From a virus, in the IMG/VR virus record IMGVR_UViG_3300045988_106851, positions 11,316 through 75,315 of that record: 64,000 nt of DNA. One strand, written 5' to 3'. Below are positions 8,768-15,981 of this stretch, piece after piece. The number at the start of each line of letters is the position of its first letter. Within the stretch, counting starts at the first letter, position 1. A program made the position numbers and the translations under genes. The notes beneath the pieces are model-generated. The model was not told where the DNA came from and did no database searches. It worked only from the letters and a program-made list of their open reading frames with translations.

Positions 8768-10103
8768 ATGATCACAAAACTCAATTTCACCGACCGCACC
8801 ATCAAGAGCTATGCTATCCGTAAGCTCACGCCAAAGGAGTGTTTCCGCTTGATGGGCGTTCGCGACAACGTAATCGGCACGATGCAGAGCAGCAATGCCC
8901 AAGCAGCCGAACGTTTGCCCGACTGGAAGGGCAAGGGCAAACCCGAAGACATGGCTATATCTGCCTCACAGCAGTACAAGCAAGCCGGAAACTCAATCGT
9001 GGTGGACGTGTTGGCCCACATCTACGAGCAACTTTTCTATCCCGCACCGCCCAAGCCCCGCAAGCAGGAACAGCTCACGCTCTTCGCCGACCTTGATGAC
9101 TCGCTGCCCGCCATGCCACCAACAGCCGGAGAACGTGGTAAGGAAAATCTTTTCCTCACCACGTTCTCCGGCTACGACTCGCAGCTCATGGCAGCCGACG
9201 TGCTATGCGAGTGGCATCCCGACTTCCGATGGACATGCGTAGGATGGAGCGACATCGACAAATACGCCTGTCAGATGCACAACCTCGTCTTCCCTCAGTT
9301 TGCCGACTGCGCCCTTGGCGACATCACCAAGATTGACTGGCATGAGGTGAAACGCTCGCTCCATGGGCGCGAGGTTGACATCTTCACCTATTCCTCGCCT
9401 TGCCAGGACATCAGCCAAGCCGGAAAGCAAATGGGACTGAAAGAGGGTAGCGACACACGCTCCGCCTTGCTTTGGCGTGTGGCGGATGCCGTGGAGGTGC
9501 TTCGCCCGAAGTATCTCTTGCAGGAGAACGTGGCGGCACTGGTAAGCCAGAAGTTCATGCCCGACTTTCAGAAGTGGCTCGACAAACTCTCGTCGCTCGG
9601 CTACGTCTCTCGCTGGGCTCGTCTCTCGCTGGGCTCGTCTCAACGCCAAGAACTACGGTGTGCCGCAGAACCGCGACCGTGTGTTCTGCATCTCCATGCG
9701 CCAGGACGTAGCCTTCGACTATCAGTTTCCCGAACCCTTCGAGCTGCGCACCCGACTGGAGGACGTGTTGGAAAATGAGGTAGCCGACCGTTATTTCCTA
9801 AAAGACGATGCCGTGAGCAAATCCCTCAAGGCTAACGACTCCGACAACGCCCTCTTCGTGCAGTTTGATTTGCCACCGACACACGAGGCAGCAATGTTCT
9901 TGAAAACGTGGCTCACGTTGTGGATGCAAGCAGCCGATGGTTGGAAAATGACATCTACAAGTCTTCAGCTCGCCCTTTATTCGGCAAAGCAGAAAATGGA
10001 GCTGTCTTATTCCGTGTTCACGGATAAGGGAGTGGCTGCGTTAGGCGATGAGTTTCAATTGTTGTTCAAGGAGAATATGGAGAGGAAGAAGGATGCGAAC
10101 TGA
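8768..10103 (+). pseudogene. circularly permuted cytosine-5 DNA methyltransferase core, frame broken by a 16-nt tandem duplication
   Basis: Order in sequence: IRKLTPKECFRLMG (IX), QAGNSIVV (X), linker, LTTFSGYDSQ (I), YSSPCQDISQAGK (IV), LLQENVAALVS (VI), then in the next frame NYGVPQNRDRVFCISM (VIII); deleting one copy of 9605-9620 gives one 439-codon ORF. Confidence 0.85.
9605..9636 (+). repeat. perfect 16-nt tandem duplication (gtctctcgctgggctc x2, plus 5 nt of a third copy)
   Basis: Read directly; copy 1 reads VSRWA in the upstream frame, copy 2 reads VSRWARLNAKNYGVPQNR in the downstream frame. Confidence 0.95.
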
Positions 10104-10284
10104 CAACCCGCCCGACCGTGTAATCCGTATCATAGCTGATATGATTAGGGGTGGTAGGTTGCTCACCTGCCCTGCCTCAATGTTCAGCGCAGAGCGTTTC
10201 AACGGAGCCTTTCACGGCATAGCAATAACCATCATGTCGCGCACCGATTGCAGCGACGTATTCTTTGTAGCAGTAGAATTATGA
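10093..10284 (+). CDS. C5-MTase TRD-like mini-ORF F
   Basis: MRTDNPPDRVIRIIADMIRGG...GIAITIMSRTDCSDVFFVAVEL*; ATG overlaps the core stop. Confidence 0.5.
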   Translation: MRTDNPPDRVIRIIADMIRGGRLLTCPASMFSAERFNGAFHGIAITIMSRTDCSDVFFVAVEL

Positions 10285-10427
10285 CACTCCCTTTCAACAC
10301 CGAATCCGACGGTACATCACATACTATTAAATCCCAATATTTCAAAATGGGAGCAGCGAATGTGCTCGACATTTCGTTTGACGGTGCCAACTTTAAAGCC
10401 ACTGGCGCAATCGTGATATATGAATAA
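10281..10427 (+). CDS. C5-MTase TRD-like mini-ORF G
   Basis: MTLPFNTESDGTSHTIKSQYFKMGAANVLDISFDGANFKATGAIVIYE*. Confidence 0.5.
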   Translation: MTLPFNTESDGTSHTIKSQYFKMGAANVLDISFDGANFKATGAIVIYE

Positions 10428-10572
10428 CAACCCTCGACCCATCATCCTCGGCTCCTACAGCCCCTCGCAGAACGGCATCATCGTGTCACCACACGGCATA
10501 GCCTTGTGCATAGCCGGGGGTGGTAAGGGCCACGATGTGGACAAACCGAAAATACTGATAGAATATGATTGA
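10420..10572 (+). CDS. C5-MTase TRD-like mini-ORF H
   Basis: MNNNPRPIILGSYSPSQNGIIVSPHGIALCIAGGGKGHDVDKPKILIEYD*. Confidence 0.55.
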   Translation: MNNNPRPIILGSYSPSQNGIIVSPHGIALCIAGGGKGHDVDKPKILIEYD

Positions 10573-10747
10573 CCGTTCCGTCCTCGTCCACTACCGCACC
10601 GAAGAGGCGAAAGCCTACCGCCGCGAGCATGGCGACCGTGGAGGGTGCAAATACCAAGACAAACTGCATCTCCCCAGTCCGTGGCCGTGGAGTAATTCGA
10701 TAACAACAGTAACAAAAGACAACCTCCTATGCGTAATATTCAGATAG
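10565..10747 (+). CDS. C5-MTase TRD-like mini-ORF I
   Basis: ORF track 60 aa; RTEEAKAYRREHGDRG...SNSITTVTKDNLL. Confidence 0.65.
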   Translation: MIDRSVLVHYRTEEAKAYRREHGDRGGCKYQDKLHLPSPWPWSNSITTVTKDNLLCVIFR

Positions 10748-10903
10748 CTGCCTTCCGAGGTCGCGACCCCGACAACCCGTCCGACCGCAAGCATCCCTCC
10801 TGCGGTCGTTTCCGTCAGCGCATGGAGATAAACGGGGGGGGGTACAACCAACACGCTTACGTCAGTAGGCAAGGATAATATGGCATATATAGAGTATGAA
10901 TAA
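10729..10903 (+). CDS. C5-MTase TRD-like mini-ORF J, frame broken at G9 tract
   Basis: MRNIQIAAFRGRDPDNPSDRKHPSCGRFRQRMEINGGG; present frame stops at 10878; one fewer G reads TTNTLTSVGKDNMAYIEYE* ending 10903. Confidence 0.6.
10834..10842 (+). repeat. G9 tract, one G too long for module J
   Basis: Counted directly. Confidence 0.9.
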
Positions 10904-11045
10904 TCAAATCCCATTCGTGCAACGCCTCTCGCGTTTCTGCCCACGTCGGGGCTACTCCACCGCCCTGTCCGCACGCTACGACGGATGGGCAGGACTCTAC
11001 GACGAGCACGGACAGCACACCATTGTATTGATAGAGTATGAATAA
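10896..11045 (+). CDS. C5-MTase TRD-like mini-ORF K
   Basis: MNNQIPFVQRLSRFCPRRGYSTALSARYDGWAGLYDEHGQHTIVLIEYE*. Confidence 0.55.
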   Translation: MNNQIPFVQRLSRFCPRRGYSTALSARYDGWAGLYDEHGQHTIVLIEYE

Positions 11046-11178
11046 GTATATACTAAATTGCTCGTCAGGTATCTGTTGCGTTTTGGCCTCTCATTACGCA
11101 AGAGAAGGATGGGCGAACATAGCAAATAATACAACATCACAATGTAAAGCACCCGCAATATTGATAGAGTATGACTGA
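11038..11178 (+). CDS. C5-MTase TRD-like mini-ORF L
   Basis: MNKYILNCSSGICCVLASHYAREGWANIANNTTSQCKAPAILIEYD*. Confidence 0.5.
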   Translation: MNKYILNCSSGICCVLASHYAREGWANIANNTTSQCKAPAILIEYD

Positions 11179-11350
11179 CAAGTATTACATTGGCTGGGTA
11201 CGCAGCGGCAAGGACGGCAAGGGCCTCGTAAAGAGCCGACCGTGCAAGCGGATAGCCAATGCCGTGACGACAATGGTCGGAAGAGGTATTGCCGACCCTC
11301 GCGACGGACTCGGCAACACCACACCGCATATAGTATATGAATATGAGTAA
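11171..11350 (+). CDS. C5-MTase TRD-like mini-ORF M
   Basis: MTDKYYIGWVRSGKDGKGLVKSRPCKRIANAVTTMVGRGIADPRDGLGNTTPHIVYEYE*. Confidence 0.5.
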   Translation: MTDKYYIGWVRSGKDGKGLVKSRPCKRIANAVTTMVGRGIADPRDGLGNTTPHIVYEYE

Positions 11351-11370
11351 CCAATAAAACAAAAAAAACA

Positions 11371-11823
11371 ATGGAAAAAGAAACAAATAACCGTATGGAG
11401 GCACTTGCCTACATCATAGCCGACCTAAAGGCAGAGAACATAGAGCTGGTGCAGCGTGTGCATCAGCTTGTGGAGGATTACAACGACGTAGCACGTCAGT
11501 TGCGTGGAATGGAGAAGCGTAAGGACGAAGACCAGTCAAGGCAGACGCTCGGCGAAATGATGCAGATGCGCGACCATTGCGACAAACTGGAGGTTGAAAA
11601 CAACAATTTGAAGACGTGCTTGATAGCAGTCAGCTCGTTTCTGCGAGACAAAAATCTGTATATGGCTAATGGCACATTATGTTCTTATGGGTCTGGCAAT
11701 CCAGAAGTATGTCCTGAGTACTGCAAAAAATGTAACTCCTACCTAAGTACTTTAAAGGATGTTGGTGTGGTTTGCAGCAGAAGACTTGCAGAAGCTTCCG
11801 TAATTTTTGCGAAGAGTAAATGA
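11371..11823 (+). CDS. coiled-coil protein with Cys-rich C-terminus, embedded in the TRD array
   Basis: ORF track 150 aa; CSYGSGNPEVCPEYCKKC; its TGA overlaps the ATG of module N. Confidence 0.5.
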   Translation: MEKETNNRMEALAYIIADLKAENIELVQRVHQLVEDYNDVARQLRGMEKRKDEDQSRQTLGEMMQMRDHCDKLEVENNNLKTCLIAVSSFLRDKNLYMANGTLCSYGSGNPEVCPEYCKKCNSYLSTLKDVGVVCSRRLAEASVIFAKSK

Positions 11824-11982
11824 CACCAACAAAAACCCTCGTGGTCGGCATGATGCAGACGCCACCCTATGACCGCATGTTTGAGCAGAGCCGCCGCGTG
11901 TACTCCGCTCAGGGAATATCGCCCACGCTGCATACACAAGGGGGGGGGTGATAGAGAGATTAAGGTATTGGTGGAGCTGTAA
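11820..11982 (+). CDS. C5-MTase TRD-like mini-ORF N, frame broken at G9 tract
   Basis: MTPTKTLVVGMMQTPPYDRMFEQSRRVYSAQGISPTLHTQGGG then TGA at 11949; one fewer G reads GDREIKVLVEL* ending 11982. Confidence 0.65.
11940..11948 (+). repeat. G9 tract, one G too long for module N
   Basis: Counted directly. Confidence 0.9.
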
Positions 11983-12104
11983 GAATGTCCGCTCCATATC
12001 GCCGACAACACCTATCTTTGTACATATCACTGATATGATACGAATGAGACTAACATCGTTTTCATTTGTTTCGTTTGGTGACAAACAAAAACAACATTTC
12101 ATCT

Positions 12105-12458
12105 ATGATACAACATCAGCATTGGGAAGACTCCACTCACATACTCATTACCGACGAGCAGCATCATGGCAGCATACAGGTGTTCATCCCCAAGCGCACC
12201 GAAGACAAGCCCTTGGATGGCGAGGCTGACGCTCTCGTCTATTCGCTGTGGGTGGGCGAACGGCACCGTGGCCGTGGGGTGGCAAAACTCCTGATGGAGA
12301 CAGCCGAAAGGGAACTGAAGCGCTGCGGCATAGCGACCGTCGCTATATCGTGGGATGGACGCGACTCTCCCCAATGGGTGTTGCAATGGTATGAAAGGTT
12401 GGGCTACGAAGGAAAAGCGTTCGACTACCGCTGCTGCACGCTTCTTAAACGGTTGTAG
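12105..12458 (+). CDS. GNAT family N-acetyltransferase
   Basis: LWVGERHRGRGVAKLLMETAE (motif A R-x-x-G-x-G/A); likely ATG 12105. Confidence 0.7.
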   Translation: MIQHQHWEDSTHILITDEQHHGSIQVFIPKRTEDKPLDGEADALVYSLWVGERHRGRGVAKLLMETAERELKRCGIATVAISWDGRDSPQWVLQWYERLGYEGKAFDYRCCTLLKRL

Positions 12459-12699
12459 CCAAACAAAAAAACTCATTCCGAAGGCCAAAGGACCGTACTC
12501 AGTGTGTCGCATGTCGCCACTCCGTCCAACGTATTTAACGGGCTCTGGTGCAGACGAGCGAGGAGAAGGAAAACCTCAAAAGCGTTCTTTGACTTGTTGG
12601 AATACCGCGAAAAAACAAGAAATTGTAAAACATTCCGCAAATTCCGCGCCGTTTATGTTTATATAACAATACAAAGTTGCCAGTGTGGTGATTTTCCCA

Positions 12700-12707
12700 T
12701 ACCTTTG
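12700..12707 (+). promoter_or_regulatory. -7 promoter box TACCTTTG for the Panacea operon
   Basis: TAnnTTTG about 47 nt upstream of ATG 12754. Confidence 0.55.
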
Positions 12708-12753
12708 CAACGCAAAATATACATAGCATAATACACTTATAGAATTTCGGCTT

Positions 12754-13281
12754 ATGAAAACAAACGCGCTCTCCGTCGCCAACTATTTCATAGAGTTGTC
12801 TATAAAGGACAAGAAACCCATACACTTGCTTGGGCTTGTCAAACGTGTTTATATTGCACATGGATTCGCCTTGGCATTACTACATCGTGGTTTAATAAAC
12901 GAAAGGTTTGACAAGGTGGAGGCATGGAAATACGGACCGGTCATACCGTCCGTTTACCATTCATTCAAACAGTATCGAGCAAGGGAGATAACGGGGAAAA
13001 CTGTTGTTATGGAATGGGACGAGAGAGAAAAATGTCCAATATTTGAAACTCCAAGCCTAACTGCCAAAGATGAGAAAAGAATAGTAGAGATGGTATGGAG
13101 AAGGTATATTTCATATTCAGATAGCGAGTTGGTAAGTTTAACCCACATGAAAGGTACTCCGTGGGACATGTGTTTCATTGAGGGGGAAAATGTAACGATT
13201 CCAGATATTCTTACAGAAGACTATTACAGAAGGCTAATTGAAAGAGTCGCGTCAAGAAAGGGTATCTCATGGGAAAATTAG
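12754..13281 (+). CDS. Panacea (DUF4065, SocA-like) domain protein, putative PanA antitoxin
   Basis: SVANYFIELS...HLLGLVKRVYIAHGFALALLHRGLINERFDKVEAWKYGPVIPSVYHSFKQY. Confidence 0.75.
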   Translation: MKTNALSVANYFIELSIKDKKPIHLLGLVKRVYIAHGFALALLHRGLINERFDKVEAWKYGPVIPSVYHSFKQYRAREITGKTVVMEWDEREKCPIFETPSLTAKDEKRIVEMVWRRYISYSDSELVSLTHMKGTPWDMCFIEGENVTIPDILTEDYYRRLIERVASRKGISWEN

Positions 13282-13652
13282 ATTTAATAGATGCTCTTGA
13301 GGAAAGTAATGATAAAAATATCGAATTATCTGATGAGCGCGCAATACAAGTAGAACCTATAAACGGTGATGGAAATGCCATTCTTGCTATACAACAAAAG
13401 AAAATCCAACGACTGGATGAAGAGATAAAAGACCTGAAACAGGACAGGGAACAGAGAAAAGTATTAAGCTATGCCTTATTTGGCTTTATGTGTTTCTATA
13501 TGCTTGTGGCATTGTTTATTGTGTTCTGCTGTGGCTTCGGATGGATGTATCTTTCTGACAAGGTGCTAATAACGCTAATGACCACGACATTGGCAGACGT
13601 TATAGGCATATTTGGTTTTGTTGCAAAATATCTATATCATAACAAACCATAG
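13269..13652 (+). CDS. coiled-coil plus two-TM membrane protein, candidate PanT-type toxin
   Basis: 13-nt overlap with the Panacea gene; LSYALFGFMCFYMLVALFIVFCCGFGWMYL and ITLMTTTLADVIGIFGFVAKYL helices. Confidence 0.45.
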   Translation: MGKLDLIDALEESNDKNIELSDERAIQVEPINGDGNAILAIQQKKIQRLDEEIKDLKQDREQRKVLSYALFGFMCFYMLVALFIVFCCGFGWMYLSDKVLITLMTTTLADVIGIFGFVAKYLYHNKP

Positions 13653-13753
13653 TTAGGGAGCTTCGCTTCGCATTGCCCCCCTTTCTTCTTTTCAAGCGGT
13701 ATTCCACTCATCGGAGTGCCGCTTTTGTCGTACAATACAAATTGAAGAACAAC

Positions 13754-14041
13754 ATGAAATACAAGAGACTATTGGAATACTACGTCAACAAAAGGCTTGA
13801 AGCCTTGACCGACGTCGATGACTACGCCCCCGAGAAGCTAACCCTATCAAACCTGCGATGGTTTCTGAGGCACGTGGACAGTGTCGACGTGGTGTTGGCC
13901 AAGCTACGCACGATGGTTGACGCTGGCAAGAAGAGAAAGGCGTACCTGTCAAGGTTCGGCGTAACCGATGACGGATTAGAATACGTCGAGGCAGAAGACA
14001 AGATCGGCAGGGAATGCCTGGGCATCCTGCAAGTGAAATAA
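13754..14041 (+). CDS. hypothetical protein
   Basis: ORF track 13673..14041, likely ATG 13754. Confidence 0.35.
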   Translation: MKYKRLLEYYVNKRLEALTDVDDYAPEKLTLSNLRWFLRHVDSVDVVLAKLRTMVDAGKKRKAYLSRFGVTDDGLEYVEAEDKIGRECLGILQVK

Positions 14042-14066
14042 AAGACTTATAAAAAAATGGGAAAAC

Positions 14067-14288
14067 ATGAAAAAGTTTGAGTACAGATTAGAGTTGTACC
14101 AATTCAAGGTCAATAACGACTTAGCCTCCAACATCGAGAAGGCCTTTCGCAAGGAGGGGCTGAACGGTTGGGAGCTGGTACAATGGGAAGGAGCGCAAGG
14201 CACGATAGGGGGCTTACGTTCTTTATGTGACCTCACCGCAGACACCGTGTCTATTATCGCCACTTGGAAGAGGGAGGTGGAACAATGA
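14067..14288 (+). CDS. DUF4177-like small protein
   Basis: MKKFEYRLELYQFK...GLNGWELVQWEG pattern. Confidence 0.5.
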   Translation: MKKFEYRLELYQFKVNNDLASNIEKAFRKEGLNGWELVQWEGAQGTIGGLRSLCDLTADTVSIIATWKREVEQ

Positions 14289-14497
14289 AAATCCGTCTCG
14301 CTAAGAAAATCATGGCGCAACAGCCTTACGGCTGCGGCGGGAAGATGGTCAACAAGCACCCCATGCGCTATTGGCACTGGCGATGGCTCGAATGGTACAA
14401 CAAGCTGCATCGAACACCATACAAGCTGCGAGGGTTGGTGCTGGACCACCGTCTCATAAAGGCAATGAAAATGTTGAGAAGAAGGTCTGGAGGATAG
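14285..14497 (+). CDS. small protein, paralog of 7065..7238
   Basis: MKIRLAKKIMAQQ...; ATGA overlap upstream. Confidence 0.4.
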   Translation: MKIRLAKKIMAQQPYGCGGKMVNKHPMRYWHWRWLEWYNKLHRTPYKLRGLVLDHRLIKAMKMLRRRSGG

Positions 14498-14537
14498 CTA
14501 CATGAAAGGGCATGATTGTCTTTCGATAGTCTTGCCC

Positions 14538-15707
14538 TTACTTTTTATTATAAAGCACGTAATCTATCACTTTACGATTGGCCTCATCTATTTTATTCTG
14601 GTCTTTCTTGATATATACATTTGTTATTTTATGTCCGCCTTTATGGCCTAAGCAGTCTGCTATAATATCAATACTGATACCAATTTGATAAGCTATGGTC
14701 GCAAATGAATGCCTTGCCCAATATGTCGTAATCTTAGGCAAGCCGAGCTCAGAGCTTATATTGCGCAACATCTTGTTTATATTAATTTCAAAGTTCTTGC
14801 AATCCTTTTCGCCATCAAAGACATTTAAGAGATGCTTTTCGCCTTTGTAACGGTTGATAATTTCAAGTGCCTCTGGTTCTACCTTAATATCATAAAGCGT
14901 CCCAGTCTTTGACCGTCGATAAATTACCCTCCCATTCTCGATTGAAGATAAACCGAATAAATCAATTATGTTAATTCCCATCAAGAAAAATACAAGAAAG
15001 AATATATCACGATATTTTGTGCGTAACCGAGAAAGTTTCGCATTATATAAAGTTCTCAACTCTTCGACGGTTAACGCTCTTTTTTTCGTCTCTTCCATCC
15101 GTATGGTGTACATATCAAAGACATACTCTTTTAGTAATCCTTTTTTGCGAGCAAAGTTAAGGACGGCACGAATATTCATTAGCCGTATGGCGATGGTATT
15201 TTTGGAATTACCATTTTTTTTCAAAAAAGAGACAAAACTATTAATCCAGTCTATATCAATGTCCGAAAGCAACAGGCTATCGTAATCACAGAATGCAGAA
15301 ATTTTTGATTCTGTGTATAAATAGATATTCTTTGTCCCTTGCCTGTCTTTTGTAGAGAGCAACTCTTGGAATTGGGTCTTAAGCAAATAATCATTATCTG
15401 GCTCGCCTTCGCCAGACAAAAATTGAGCAAGCCGCCTATTTGAAAAGCTACGAAGTTTTCCTTCCTCTCTAAGTTCTTCAATTTTATCGTTGACGTAAGT
15501 CACCTTTTTTGATAGTCTTAGATTGTCTATGCGCTGGCTTTGCCTTTTCTTTATCTTACTATTAGCCACATCCCATTCTTTCTCTTCAAGTTCAAAACCT
15601 GTAGAGAGGTAAAAAGCACCGCCATTCCGAGCGACCTTGATTTTTAATGGATATTTACCATTTTTCAAGCGATACCTCTTATCCAATTTTACTGTAACTT
15701 TTATCAT
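14538..15707 (-). CDS. tyrosine recombinase / phage integrase (Bacteroidota type with N-terminal arm-binding domain)
   Basis: MIKVTVKLDKRYRLKNGKYPLKIKV... N-terminus; ARHSFATIAY...LGHKGGHKITNVYI catalytic region. Confidence 0.9.
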   Translation of the reverse strand: MIKVTVKLDKRYRLKNGKYPLKIKVARNGGAFYLSTGFELEEKEWDVANSKIKKRQSQRIDNLRLSKKVTYVNDKIEELREEGKLRSFSNRRLAQFLSGEGEPDNDYLLKTQFQELLSTKDRQGTKNIYLYTESKISAFCDYDSLLLSDIDIDWINSFVSFLKKNGNSKNTIAIRLMNIRAVLNFARKKGLLKEYVFDMYTIRMEETKKRALTVEELRTLYNAKLSRLRTKYRDIFFLVFFLMGINIIDLFGLSSIENGRVIYRRSKTGTLYDIKVEPEALEIINRYKGEKHLLNVFDGEKDCKNFEININKMLRNISSELGLPKITTYWARHSFATIAYQIGISIDIIADCLGHKGGHKITNVYIKKDQNKIDEANRKVIDYVLYNKK

Positions 15708-15981
15708 TTTGCTCTTTACTATTTTGCATTATATTTGCACGTTTGTTTGTACGAAATGAACACAATTGCCCAAAAATGGCAAAAGCGATAAAGAAGGTAT
15801 GTGGTAGCAAAGATAAGCATTTCTCGTGTTTTTTCGCCTATTTATGCCAATTAATATCAAATTCAAAGGCATATCTTGAAGAAAAGCTGCACAAAAAGTA
15901 TATCTTACTAAGTACCAGCGCATTACTTCCTTTAGCTACAAAGTCCTTGCACGTTTTTCACATCTTTCTTTAATTGGAAAA

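Noticed and set aside
8678-9649. Minus-strand and alternative-frame ORFs across the methyltransferase (8678..8902, 8809..9021, 8839..9096, 8895..9242, 9203..9649, 9472..9711)
   Set aside because: The plus-strand frame carries unambiguous C5-MTase motifs. The others are by-products of GC-rich sequence.
7863-11982. Stop-codon reassignment as an explanation for the chopped TRD array
   Set aside because: Module stops use TAA, TGA and TAG. Well-recognised genes elsewhere end on each of them (HU on TAG, RecT on TGA, integrase on TAA, capsid on TAG). The standard code fits.
14506-14539. Hairpin aagggca..tgccctt between convergent genes, considered as an attP core or terminator
   Set aside because: The stem is only 7 bp with a 20-nt loop and overlaps the integrase stop. 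This is too weak to call either feature.
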